From NCBI RefSeq assembly GCF_964188315.1, contig NC_135667.1, forward strand, positions 26,908,001 through 26,972,000: a stretch of 64,000 nucleotides of DNA, in the 5' to 3' direction. Under the pieces are notes generated by a model that saw only the letters and a list, made by a program, of their open reading frames with translations, had not been told where the DNA came from and did not search any database. Positions within the stretch are counted from its first letter, which is position 1; each line of letters begins with the position of its first letter. This document shows positions 22,644 through 36,567 of the stretch, piece by piece. A program made the translations under genes and the position numbers. This DNA comes from Podarcis muralis (taxonomy: Eukaryota).

Positions 22644-25600
22644 TCATTTTTTTCTCCTTATTAGCTGTTCCCTGCTGTTCAGCTCGGGCCTCAGCACAAT
22701 GATGTAGCATTTAGGGAAAAATATGCAACCCAGTAATCCAGCACCAGAGGACAAGATGGAGAAGATTTCCACAACCACCATGTATTTTCCCTTGGTGCTG
22801 AAGTAGGTTGGAATAAAGGTCAACCAAACACTGCAAAACACCAACATGCTGAAAGTGATAAATTTGGCCTCATTGAAACTGTCAGGCAACTTCCTGGCTA
22901 GGAAAGCTACAATGAAGCTGGCAAAGGCTAGGAAGCCTATATAGCCCAAGACACAGTAGAACATGGTAGCTGAACCTTCATTACATTCTAGTATTATCTC
23001 TCCATGCACTGAGTGCATGTCTCTATCTGGGAAGGGAGGAGAAGTAAATAACCAAAGAGCACAAATGCCTGCTTGAATGAAGGAGCAGGAAAGGACCATA
23101 GAATTTGCCAGCCCTTTCCCCACACATTTCCTCATCTTGGCCCCTGGCTTGGTTGCCATGAATGCCAGGACCACAGTGAGGGTTTTTGCCAACACAGATG
23201 AAAGAGCCACAGAAAAGATGATGCCAAAAGTAATTTGTCGAAAAAGGCAGATGATCTTTCCAGGTTGTCCGATGAAGAGTAAGGAGCAGAGGAAGCAAAG
23301 GAGGAGGGAGATGAGGAGGATGCTGGTAAGGGTTGCGTTGTTGGCTTTGACTATGGGACTGTCTTTGTGCTTCATAAAAATTCCAAGAACTAAACTTGTG
23401 ATCAAAGAGAAATAAATAGCAGTGGTAGCTAAAATACTCCCTAAAGTTTCTTTATAAGAAAGGTAAACTAGAATCTTGGGAATGCATTCAATTTGGTTGT
23501 TGTTGGGATACTGGTCTTCTGGACAACCGATGCAGGCATCCATGTCTGAAAAAAAGGAGGAGCTGTTTAAGTACAGTGGAACCTCTACTTACCGCCATAA
23601 TCCGTTCCGGCAGCCCGTCCTTTAGGCAAAACAGGTCACTGGTAGAAGCGCCATTGTGCGCATGTGCAGACGGCAGCAGCTGCTTCTGCGCGTGCGCAAA
23701 TGGCAGAAGCCACTTCTATGTGTGCACAAATCACGGCAAACCCGGTATTTACTTCCGGCTTTGCTGCGGTCGCAACTTAGAGGCGGTCGTAAGTAGAAAA
23801 TGTAAAAATGTTAACCAACATCTTCCTTATGTTTATGTTCTTGCAGTTCTTTCACCAACGCTAGGAGAAAGGACTCCCATAATTTTAAAGAGAAAGTGAG
23901 AATGTTTGGTGATCACACTGATCTGGTAATGGCTAAATGTTTCTGTGTAACCCAAGATTTTTGTGATGCAGACCTCTTCTCAAGTCATGAACATAGAAGG
24001 TTGTCCTTGGAAATGCTGTTATTTATCAATCTTAATCCTCATGTGTAATTTACAAAATGGTTATAGGTGTTATTGCAATAATGTAGGTGGAGCACTTTAA
24101 ACATTCAATAAGTACTTTTCACATGCCAAAGTGTTATTATTGCTTTTATTTCTAATTTTTACAGTTGTATTTATTTGCGTATGGAGAACCCTTTAATCCC
24201 AAAGCATGATATGAAGGCACATTACTGTCACAGAGCAAGCTGGTCACAATGTTCAAAGCTAGAGTTAACCTTGATTAGAAAAAAACACAATCTTCACATA
24301 CTTGGCTGAGTTTCATTACCTAATGAGTACAGCAGCTCATTCCCTGTGGGTCTTACTCCATGAAACCAGTTACCAAGACTAAAGGTCATCCCCCTCACCC
24401 AGCCATCTATGTCTCCTCCCAGGGTTTTTTCCTAGCAATTGGAGACTGTGCCTGTGTTCTGCTGCTCCCATTTTGTGCCTCTTCTGGTTTTCAGAGTTGG
24501 GGGAATGAGAGCGTGGAGGGGGAGACACCTGTGATTCTTCCCTAACCTGACTCATCTCTGCCTCTTGACCTCCCTCCTCCTACTCACCAATTTTAGCTTC
24601 CGCCTCTGATTATTGACTTCTCTCCACTAGGGCATGCTGTTTTATGTTCCCTGTGTCTTTTAAAAAATGTATTGATTATTCCTCCTACCCTTCTGGTGTG
24701 AGATCTTCCCTTCCGGACAACGAGCACAATCATAGCAGCAAAATCTCTCTCCTTCTTTCTTCTTCCTGCTGTAGCCAGGATAGCAATTGTCATTGCACAC
24801 AGAAATTGGCAGCACCTGTACAGAAACATGAAGGATTAGCAACAAAACCAGTCATCAATTCAATGCAATTTGCTTCCTTGGAGAAAAAGAAACCTATTGC
24901 ATGCCCTATAGGCCACAACAGGAACTCCTGGAACTCAGCCAACAATATTGCTAGTCCATCTAGGATTACACCAAGCCAGGTGGAACAGTATATTCTTCCT
25001 TGGGACCTCTTCTTCTGACCTACCTAATGCACAGATATGCTACACTGTTGCCAACATGAATACATTGGACTACAAATGGAAGGCCGAGGGGCAATGCTTG
25101 AACATCACATTTTACAGCTTCCTCCCTCCCAAATCCATGTTTAGATACCTGCCAAGTCATGATGATATTCTATGCTCCTTGACAGTAAAATTATTGTCCA
25201 GCCTAGGATCCTCCAGTCCAGTTCTAGCAATTCCCAGTGGGGTGAATGAGACAGAGCCACTTTGGCAAGCAGAAATAGCATGAGCTGATATTGCTCTCCA
25301 AGCACATTGTCACCATACATCTAAGTTGTCAGTTTTTACACCTCTGTAGAGATGCTCTCTTTACATATAACCAGAATTTTAAAGAATCAGTGGGAGGGTG
25401 AAAGCTGTACTTTCTTTATCTTTCTCATTCAATTTGCTCTGCGTCAAAACAAGCACCTGCAAAAGGTACGTAGTCTCAAGTGCTGGGATGATGGGAGTTG
25501 TGTATTCTACCAACCAAGATGACAAAGTCTCTTTGAGATGAGACCTTGTTCATGGAATAAAGAGATTCTGTGAGATTTTAGAAGAATTAAAACTAATGCA

Positions 25601-28600
25601 ATAAGATGCTTTCAAAGGCATTAACAATGCCTTTTTGAAAATTGAGCATACTGACTCTTATTTACTCAATCATTTGATGCCATGTCTCACCTGATTAAAG
25701 CTTTGGTGCCAGACAATCTGGTCATCATGAATGGTTAACTCTTTGCCTCGAGGAGCCTGGGGTTCCAGTCTTCCAACTTTTACTCTAGCCACTGAGCCAT
25801 TGGGAAACATCATCCAGTTTGTGACATCAAAACTGGCCACTAATTCTCCATTTACATCAAAGTACACAATGTCTCCAGCACTGTTATTGAATACAGTGTT
25901 ACCTAGAAAGTGATGCACCTAATTTGGAAGAGTATATTGACAAAGAGATACTTACGTAGGCCTCAAAAGTAATTTAATATTTAGCATTCTTAAAATTCTG
26001 TCCTGCTCTTTTTTGGTTATGAGTTCACTATTTCTAGCTGTCATTTCTCTCTATTAGACTAAAAAGGCTTGACCTATTGTTGATAAAACTGCCATTAGTC
26101 TATCATGAGTATGGTGCTACTTGTAAAAATGAATAGCCCCCCCCCCCCATTCCCTAACACTTCCCAACTGTTGGTATGTAATCAATAATAATGATGATAT
26201 CATCATCATCATCATCATCATCTTATTTGTATTCCACCCATCTAGCTGGGTTGCCCCAGCCATTCTGGGAAGCTTCCAACACATACAACCATAATCAAAT
26301 GTCAAACATTAAAAACATCTTGATACAGGGCTGCCTTCAAATGTCTTCTACAAGTTGTGTTTATCTCCTTGACGTCGGATAGCAGGGCATTCCACAGGGA
26401 GGGCACCATTGTCGAAAAGGCCTTCTGACTGGTTCCCTGTAATTTTACTTCTTGCAGTGAGGGAACCACCTCAAGGCCCTTGGAGGTGAACCTCAGTGTC
26501 TGGGCTGAAAAATTGGGCTGGAGATTGGGTATAAATGATGATGATGATATAATATTATACAGGATCAAGGCTGTTAAGGGCTTTCAAGCTCATCACCAAC
26601 ACTTTAAATTGTGCTCAGAAACATACTGGGAGCCAATGGAGATCCTTTAGGACCAGGTGGCCACTCCCAGTCACCAATCTAGCTGTCTCATTCTGAATTA
26701 GTTGTAGTTTTTGAGTTGCCTTTATCTCTGGGCCATAAACTAGTCTGTTTCGTTGCCATTGTGTTTAATTGTCATTACCTGCCAGGGTTGTACATTCTGA
26801 AATGCTAGTTTCCCTCTTTCTTCCATTCTTCTATATCTGGAGCTCTGTGTGTACATGGCATGCAAAGCATGTGCCACAGCATAGACAGCATTGTAGATGT
26901 TGTAACTGTGGCCAGTCATGTGCATTTCAAACAGATTTCCAGGAAGATTCTCTAGCTTCTCCTTTCCAGTGCAACTCTTCTTCCCCTCCTCCTCCTGTCC
27001 ATTAGACTTCTTTAATGAGCAGCTGAATGCCTGTTCCCAGAAGTCCTGGATAAAACCATCTCCTTTGGCCCAGGAAGGTCTTATTCCTTCACTGAACTTT
27101 TGAAATCCCAATGGCTGATCTGAATGAACAGTGAAGGATATGGAACCATGAAAGGTTTGCATATCCCAATTCTTTTGAACAGACAGTGATTCAAAATCCC
27201 AGTGGGAGGTAACAACCCACACTTTGCCAAGAGGTGGCAGTGACAAGAAAGGTGCTAGAAAGAGCAACACTCTCAAAACCTGAAAGGATGGAGGTTCTCC
27301 ATATATAAAGAATACACTGACTTTTCTCTCCCTGAGAATCTCATATTTGTACTGCTGCTGTATAAGCAAGTCTATCAGTTCATCCATATAACTCCATTTT
27401 GGTATTCTTACTATGAAGGCATAACATATGCCATTCTGGGAAAGCAGTGGCACCATTGTATGCAGAAAGCGGTCCCCTTTGTCATCAGCCACAGCCAAGA
27501 GCCCAACCCATGTCCATCCGAAATGCTGAAATAACCGCACAGCTCCCATGTGTTGATGGGCTTCATTGGGTACCATCTGGTACAAAAATGGAAGTAGCAT
27601 TTTGCCATGTTGTCCTGTGAAAAATGATCCATAAGGAAGCTGAAAGAAAACGTATAATAATTTTTCACATAACAAAAAGGTCTGTCTTTGTATCCTAGAG
27701 CTGAAAAAGGTCCCGTAGGCAATCAAGTGCAAAATCTAGCATGATGCAGGAAATCAATATATATCACCCCACGATATATGACTTTTTGTGGCTCTGCCTG
27801 AAGAACTCCAGGGGTACTCTAAGCGAACCCCAACTTTGGCATGCACACACCCTCAATCTCAATTTTAGATCTTCTCAATTTGGAGCCCCCTTGGCTTGGT
27901 GTCCTGTGAGGGGAAACCATCCACCCTGCCCTAAATCTGGCACTGCTCCAGCAAGGACCCTTTGGTAATTGGTTCTATATTTGAACTACATTTAGCATTA
28001 AGAAGAATCTCCAAATGCTGCTCCAAAATCTTGTCCTACCCTTTGGATCAGCAGGTGACATTTTGTTTCCCTCTTCAATATCACAGCTATTCAGAAGTTT
28101 TGTACTTGAAGAGGGATGTAAGGTTCATGTCCCCCCACCCACCCACACATTTTAATCTCCTCTTCCCCGGGCTAAATATACCCAATTCCTCCAACCTTTT
28201 GTCATAGGCATTTCTCCCCATTCTCCTGACCATCTTCACCGTCTTCCTCTGAAGCTGTTTCAAGTTATCTTTATCTATGATAAAGTTCAGCACTGAAGAC
28301 TAAACATAATACTAAACTTGAGGTGTACTAATTAAATAAGATTCAGCTTTTACTTCTCAATATATAGCACTTTGGTTGCATCGATGCAGCTTAAATTGCA
28401 TTAAGACTTTCCCGCAGCTGCATCACAGTGGTAACTGATAGTTAGCTCTTGGTCTACTACAGCGGTTCCCAAACTTTTTATGTGGTGGGAGTCTTTTCAA
28501 GAGAGAAATTCATCATGGAGCAGTATTGTCACCCTTATGCATGTGCATTCGGGGCTCTTTTTTCCTTTATTTTATTTATTTTTCTTTCCAAGCTCTTCAC

Positions 28601-31233
28601 GGAGCACTTGGTGATGCTTCATGGAGCAACAAGTGCTCTGCAGAGCACAGTTTGGGAACCATTGGTCTACTATATTATTGAGATCTCTTTCAGGTGTGTT
28701 GTTGTTCTGCCAGTTGTCCCCTATCCAAAGGTTTGCTTTTGAATTTTTTTCTGCCTTAGTTTGGCACTTTGTTTATCTGTATTTTGTTAGTTTCAGAGCA
28801 GTTTTCCATTCTTTATTTATCAATCAGCCTAATGATATTACCATACAGTCTGCATTGAACCAGATTTCTAATTAAACTTTTTTAACTTTTTGAATGCTGT
28901 GCTGAAATCAAGACTAGGGATACAGGAAATAATCAGTTTGTTTCTAACCCATATTCATTGCAATCAGCACTGTTTCCATGCCACTGCCACTAAGAACTAC
29001 ATTCATATCTCTGTCTGCTGTGCCCAAATTTTATGCAATTAACTATGTCATTAATGATGTCATTACATCATTTCAATGCAATGCCCATTTCATTTCAATG
29101 TAAAGCAAACATCAGAAAAAATTATATGTGTGTGTGTGTGTGTGTCATCTGTTACACATCATTTGGGGACTGAAAACAACAACAATGAATAAAGATCATA
29201 TGTGCTTGCATGATTTCCATTCCTGACCACAAATGAACATGTAAACTGAGGCAATTTCCATTTCCATGTGTGCCACTTTTGTGGTATCTCTAGAGCTTAC
29301 CTGCGGAATCTTGTGGATTGCTGAAATAACGGCCATATTGGCAGAGATTTCAGAGACAGATCCTCCAATTAAAGCTATCAGCTTGTTCTGGCCATCACAA
29401 GAGAAGTTGGGGACAAACTTCTGTTTGGAAAGCAGGCTAAGGCTAGCTTTATAAGTCATTCTTGCGGTGAAGTAGCTATTGAGGATATAGAAGCCCATGG
29501 AGGCATTTGATAAAATGCTAGGATTCTCATTGATCTCTTTGACAGCAAATGCTAAAGCCAGAATGTGCTGGTAGTTCTTAGGCACTGAACTGTAAAAAGA
29601 GGTACAGCCTGTTTAATAAAGCAGCAGTAAAGCAGCAGTAAAAATACATTTGTACACTTCATCAACATTCATCTGCAAACTACTGATATTGAGATGTAAC
29701 TCAATGCCACAGAAGTTGAAAACGCAAAGGTAAAACAAAGTTAGCAGAAAGTCCGATATATGAAACAGATATTCTTCTGATGAATAGTTGAATGATCAGA
29801 ATGTTTGGGGATTATTCAAGAGCTTAACATGCTGCTCCTTACATTTGTTAGGTTCACTTTCTTTACAACAATAATTCACTCCTTTTGCACACAAACACAA
29901 GTGCTAGCCCAAAATAGATTTGACGTATATAATGTACGGTACTTCCTAGCTTTTGAAAGCAACCTCTGAGAAGAGACAAGCAAGCCTCTTCTGTTGTCTC
30001 TCCAGTAACTTTCTTGGTATTCACTAATGCCTGACCATGCAAGTACTCTATCCATGGGTCTGGGGTGTGCCTCCAAGCCCTGCCTCAATGACCTGTGTGC
30101 ATTGCCTCAAATGCTCAGCCCTTAACATTCCCTGTGTTGAGTGGGGAAGCTCTGCAGGAGACATGTTATTCATGTTTGCTTGAATGTGAGTAGAACACCT
30201 CTCACTATCATGGGCTGTGCTTTATTAATCAACATAGGGACTGGGAAGGCATGCGAGGACATTGGGAGTGGGCCTTGAATGTGTGCCTCTCCCTTGTCCA
30301 CCCATTGAACCTTTATGTGTCTATGAACATGCCTTAAAAACCTCTGTAGCAACCATTTCAATCATTGAAGAAATATCAGTGCAAGCAACTAATGGATCAT
30401 TTAATCTCCTAAAGCCAGGGACACATTGCTGTAATTTAAATGCATCTACCATTTGCAGATGAAATGAGAGAAGATATTGCAAGCAAAAGGTGCCAAGGGG
30501 AGACTTCCAACCGTCCATAAACTCAGCTGCATTTGAAAACCATAATCCAGTTATGTCAAGAGAGTGCAAAGTGCCTGAGGGACAATTCAGAAATTACTTT
30601 TCAAGAAACATATACTATGATATTTCACTTGTGCAGTTTAAAAAATATTAATAATACATGGTGACAAGACTATTCTTAAAAACATATTCTTCACACACAT
30701 ACTCTCATTAGGGAGTCAGATTTGATTGTGGGCCCCTCTCCATGGTGTTTTAATTTCCAAACATAAACCCTAGATTGTCCCTGTGTAAGGTAGCTAGCTA
30801 TGTGTTGCAGCTTCAGACAATAAATAATGCCTTAATGGTACTTAATTATGTGCTCTCAGATACTGAGAACTGAACTATTATAGAATGAGAGATCAAGGGG
30901 GGGGGGTGAGAGAGAAAAGGAAGGAAGGAAGGAAGGAAGGAAGGAAGGAAGGAAGGAAGGAAGGAAATCTTACATGGATTCCTCAATCAAGGCCTGTGCT
31001 GGCTGTTCCAAGAAGGAGAGGTTGTTATAAAGGAAATAGACTTGAGAAACAATTCCCCCAATCACAAAATCTCCTGAATGGTAAAATTCATGGGGAATAG
31101 GATGGGGATCATCATATATGGAACAATTAATAGAATGAGTCTTGCATACAGTATGACACAGCATTATAAGCAGCAATGTCACCACCAACATGATTCTGTT
31201 GACAAAAAGTCCTCTCCAAATGTAGATTTCCAT
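22644..31233 (-). CDS. Vmn2r: Vomeronasal type 2 receptor A (class C GPCR), complete 6-exon gene, ~888 aa
   Basis: Exons 31233-30974, 29589-29301, 27639-26779, 25918-25691, 24815-24689, 23545-22644, all GT-AG and in phase. Motifs [28 protein letters not shown], the CCYDC cysteine-rich domain and 7TM with [15 protein letters not shown]. Alternative starts at 31278 or 31191. Confidence 0.9.
23574..23797. mobile_element. Tc1/mariner-type MITE (intron 5 of V2R-A)
   Basis: TA|CAGTGGAACCTCTACTTAC, with a partial inverted copy GTAAGTAGA near 23790. Confidence 0.55.
26200..26700 (-). mobile_element. L2 LINE 3' end
   Basis: ORF 26302-26568 ...[16 protein letters not shown]...RRHLKAALY, with a (CAT)n tail. 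Homologous to 13040-13385. Confidence 0.75.
28095..28290 (-). mobile_element. CR1 LINE RT C-terminal fragment
   Basis: ORF 28087-28293 [12 protein letters not shown]...[18 protein letters not shown]. Confidence 0.7.
28460..28664. mobile_element. hAT-type MITE
   Basis: TIR CAGCGGTTCCCAAACT / AGTTTGGGAACCATTG. Perfect 8-bp TSD GTCTACTA. Confidence 0.85.
30919..30966. repeat. (GGAA)n microsatellite just inside intron 1 of V2R-A
   Basis: Directly visible; lies next to the exon 1 donor at 30973. Confidence 0.95.
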
Positions 31234-34097
31234 GTTTCCATCTACAGCATCCTGTAAGGCTAGGACCAGCTTTGCCACAGTCTCCCTTGAATTTTGGTTG
31301 ATTCCGTTGCTACATTGGGTCTTTTAGGGAATTTGTGTGCCCGTCTTATAGTTAAAAGTAGCTCCTTGTCAATCTGTGTTCCTGTACATAATTTTCTTTT
31401 TATTGCCTTACTGTATTCTCAAAGGGAGACTGAGAAGTACACATTTTCCTTTTCTTAAAAAATAGCCATACACGCCTCTTCATGTACAGGTATCTATTAT
31501 TTTGCTTTAAAGTGTAAAAAAAAAGTGTAACCTTGGGGATTTTCAGTCAGCTTGTCCAAATGAGGGTGAGACAGTGTGCAGCAATGAATGTGCAAATCAA
31601 TAACTAATCAATGTGGCCTAATTTTTCACAGTAAGAAACTGGGAAGTGGAAGATGAAATGGGCAAGAAGAGAGGATAAGAACTGGGATTCACATAGTTTA
31701 TATTGGGGTGGGGGTTAAAATCATGACAGAAAAATCTTGTGGAAGCAATGGCAGCATATAAAGGGGAAATGATCATAGGGAAAAAATGGCACCGCCTTAC
31801 CTATGCCTAGATCCTGTTCTTAACAATATGTGTGGTTGTCCTCAGGTGTTGCTTGTTGATCTTGCGAATGGGCTTCGGTTGTCAATTGTGTAGGAAGACT
31901 TTTAAAAAAACAGTAATTATGATTCTATCTTCCCCAGTGTGTTGCTGGTCTTTGAAGTTTGTTACCGCTAGGAGTTCCTCTCAAATTATAGAACAGTTAT
32001 TTTCTTCTTAGAGGGATAATAACTAGTTTGTGGAAATTTGCCTGGTAACCCCAGGTTACCTTTGCCCAGGACTATATTTAAGTTTAACCACAGATCACTC
32101 AAAATTAGTATAATGTGAAAGCTGAGGTTTAACTTCATTTACAGCCTGGAGAATTTGAGGCTCAGCATTATGTTGGTATATAGCTCTTCATGTTGTCGGG
32201 GGGGGGGCGGGTTGTATGTATTTCTCCTAACGTACCATTATTAATGCAAGTTTGCCTAACATTTTTGCAATGCAATGTTCCACAATATAATGCATAATGT
32301 ATATTCTCTTCACTAATATATGTATGCACACTTCAGTCTAGTCTATGCATTATTACACACATTAATTGAATTGCAAAATTCAGAGACACACACATTTGGA
32401 AGGATAGTTGTGTTTTGCTTGCATATTGCGTCAGAAAGTGTGGATTAGATAGGTTGACCTTTAAATGCAAACTAAACTAAATTTCTCCTCTATCCCTGGG
32501 TAAGACTCACAATCCTTGTTCTACCCATATTCTACTCTGGCACTCACTGTGCTCCTAGAAGGTTGCTCATATGGGAATATGGCCCATGGGCCAAAAATCC
32601 CTGTTCCCAGTGGAATTGTGGCAAGGAAGCAGTTGTGGCATGGCATGACCATGGTGGAGGGGAGGTCCTCCCCCTAGCCTCAGCATGACAGATGGGGTCA
32701 TTTCCTGCCTCTTCCATCATGCAGGATGCCACACCTATGACCCCTGGAGGGGGAAAAGACATCATGCCAGTATAGTTGCAGCATCTTTTTCAGCTAACAT
32801 AGCAACATGGAAGGAGGAGAGGAATCTAGAAGCTTTTTCCATTCTCAAAGGAGCTACAGCTGCTGTATGGTCCCCTGTCCTGGTCCACAAGATGAATGTT
32901 CCTATTTGGGAACTGGACGTAGTTACAGGCAGCATAGGGCAGGGTGTCTATGAACAGTCTTGAGATGAATGCCAAATCCAGGTGGGCCGAGCCTCCGCTG
33001 AAAAGAAAGTAGTTGTTCCCCAGTGTAAGCATTTGTTGCTGAACCCTCATGAAATACAACCAAGACCATTATTCCCAGTGAAGTACATCTAAGACCTGGC
33101 TAAAGAGATGAGCTTACATTATTTTATCTTTATTTTTATTAGTTGCTCTTCGTATTCAGTTCTGGCCTTGGGATAATGATCTACTAAACATACCCAAATT
33201 CTCATGAGATCCCTAGCATCAGTATTTGCGTGTGAAGACCCCCAAACCCCCTCCAAAATAAATCACACAGGACACAGAATATTTGTTTAAGATTTTTGGC
33301 ATTAATTTTGGCCACAATTTTATTGATTACAGCATGTGTGAGTGGTTGCTTAGCATTGGTTCAGACTACCTGAACCTGCACTGGCAGGAACAGGACTCAC
33401 AACTGGAACCTCCAGAGGTCAGTAAGTGAAAACATACTGGGGGAGCACAGAGGTGGATTTCTGCCTCTTAGTTTACCCCAGATGCTCCTAGGAACTCTGA
33501 CATGGCCCTACCCCTGAGAGGGGATCAGACAGAGTAAATTGAGCCCCTGGATTCCATTAACGGAATTCTCTAGAGCAGCAACAAAAATGAAGGGCAGGCA
33601 CAGCCAATCCATAATCCCCTCCACCAAAAATGAACCAATGCCTAACTGCCAACCTTACAAAGTTGTGATGATTTGCTACATGGTAGGCAAAAACCAAATG
33701 GCACCAGCCAATCAACCAAGTGGCAAAATTCCTACCGGGCCCCTGCTCCAAAAACAGACCACCCCTAGGCAGGCATAGCAAGGCCAAAAACACAACCTTA
33801 AATTACAGGGAGGGAGAGAGGGAGATCCGTTGCACAATGCGAAAAGGAAAGTACTTCGCCTTGTGCAGCCCCTGAAATAGCCCCTTAGTTGCCAATCAAA
33901 CCCGAACCAACAGAAAATTTTCCCCAGCAACAAAGGGGCAACCAATGAGGTGAGGAGGTCATCCAAATGGGTCTGCCCCAGCAACAAGAAGGCAGTTTGG
34001 TGAGCTCACCACAACAAGTGGCTCTCCATGATTTGGAGGACACGATTTCCAGTGAAGGGTATATAAGAGCACAAAGAAGGGATGAACTTAGATTACT

Positions 34098-36536
34098 TCA
34101 CTTCTTCACCCTTATTAGATGTTCCCTGCTATTCAGCTCAGGCCTCAGCACAATGATGTAGCACTTTGGGGAAAAGATGCAACCCAGTAATCCAGCACCA
34201 GAGGACAAGATGGAGAAGATCTCCACAGCCACCATGTATTTTCCTTTGGTACTCAAGTAAGTTGGAATAAAAGTTAACCAAACACTGCAAAACACCAACA
34301 TGCTGAAAGTGATAAATTTGGCCTCATTGAAACTGTCTGGTAACTTCCTGGCTAGGAAAGCCACAACGAAACTGAGAATGGAAAGGAAACCCATATATCC
34401 CAACACACATGAAAAGATAGCAGGTGAACCCTCATTACATTCTAATATAATTTCCCCACTCGATGAGTACATGTCCATATCTGGAAATGGCGGAGAAGTA
34501 AGTAGCCAAACTATACAAATAGCTGCTTGAATGCAGGAACAGGAAAAGACCATAGAGTTTGCTAGTCTTTTTCCCACCCATTTCCTCATCTCGGATCCTG
34601 GTTTAGTTGCCATGAATGCCAGGACTACAGTGATAGTTTTTGCCAACACAGAGGAAAGGGCAACAGAAAAGATTAAACCAAAAGCTGTTTGTCGCAGAAG
34701 GCAGATGGCCTTTCCAGGCTGTCCAATGAAAAGCAAGGAACAAAGGAAGCAAAGGAGGAGGGAAATGAGGAGGATGTAGGTGAGGGTCTGGTTGTTGGCT
34801 TTGACAATGGGAGTGGCCTTGTGCTTGATAAACGTTCCAAGGATTAAACTTGTAATCAAAGAAAAGGAAATAGCCAGAATAGTTAAGATGATCCCTAAAT
34901 CTTCTTTATAAGACAGATAGCTTAGGACCTTGAGAATGCATTGAGTTTGGTCAATATTGGGGTGCTGGATTTCTGGACATTTGAAACAGGCATCCATGTC
35001 TGAAATAAAATGAAGATATAATAAGTATTTCAAGATGCCGAACTACATCTTTCTGTAAGAATCAGTTACAACAATCAATGAATTTTGTATGCTTTTGATT
35101 TTGTTTTTACTAGCTCTAGAAAGAACGAAAATAGAAATTGCATCTTTTTGCGTACCCATGGTTCTGAATTTGCACATCGTTCTGTGCTGTAGTAATGTAA
35201 CGGCTATGTGTTTTTCTGTATCCCAGTAATTCCATAATTCAGGGTGATTCATGAGAAGGAGAGGGAAGATATTGGGATCAAAGTTAAGGAGCTACTGGCA
35301 GGTTTTTTGGAAAAGGTGGTTAAATATATGGAGGCAGAATTGGGTGGTTTGTGAAAGAGCCTTTTTTGTGGTGGCTCCAAAATGGGAAAACTCCCTCCTC
35401 ACAGAGATTTATTTGGCACTAAAACTTTATATATTTATATGTATATTATGGTTTCTTTGTAATTGTATTTTTAGTCTATGTAATTTGCCCCGGGACCTTA
35501 AGATGAAGTAGGGGCAAGAAATACCAGGAACAAACAAACAAAAAGGAATTGGGTATTGGGTTTTTTGCTTCCTATGTATTTTGCTGGTATTTTATGCTCC
35601 CTGTGTCTTTTGTGAAATTTATTGGTTATCCCTTATACCTTTCTGATTAGAGATCATCCCTTCTGGACATGGAGCACAATCATAACAGCAGAATTTCTCT
35701 TCCTCTTTCTTTTTCCTGCTATAGCCAGGATAGCAGTTATCATTGCATACAGAAACTGGCATCACCTGCATGGAAATATGAAGGTGTGGTTAGCAGCAAG
35801 GCATCTTCTTTGCTTCATTGAAGACCAAAGAAGAGACCAAACTCTAAACTGTTTTTCATGTATCCATGGGCCACAACTGCAACTCCCAGAACTTGGCCAA
35901 CAATATTGTTAACTCAGGCAACCCAAAATGCACAAACCAATCAACCCTGAGCATCCCATAGTTTCAGGCACTGGTACTAACTATCCCAGTAGACAAGGCT
36001 GGTGCTTGTATGAAGTAAAAGGGTAAAGGTACCCCTGACCGTTAGGTCCAGTCGCGGACGACTCTGGGGTTGCGGCACTCATCTCGCTCTATAGGCCGAG
36101 GGAGCCTCTGGGTCAAGTGGCCAGCATGACTAAGCCACTTCTGTTGAACCAGAGCAGCACACGGAAACGCCATTTACCTTCCCGCCGGAGCGGTACCTAT
36201 TTATCTACTTGCACTTTGACGTGCTTTCGAACTGCTAGGTTGGCAGGAGCTGGGACTGAGCAACGGGAGCTCACCCTGTCGCGGGGATTCGAACAGCCGA
36301 CCTTCTGATCGGCAAGTCCTAGGTTCTGCGGTTTAACCGACAGCGCCACCCGCGTCCCCCTTGTATGAAGTAGGGTGAACCAATTTACCTCAGGCGGCAG
36401 ATCCAACCAACTCCCCTTCCCATCCTTTCCCTCACTATTGCACTGCTGCCACCCCTTCTGCAACTTTGCCCATGCCGGCACCACCACTGCCGCAACAGTG
36501 CTCTTGCCCTCACCACTAATGCTGCCCCCTCGCTGC

Positions 36537-36567
<31 letters not shown>

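Noticed and set aside
32540-33060. Possible DIRS RT/RNase H relic
   Set aside because: Only a faint TGDHTAAVA resemblance; too degenerate to call without a search.
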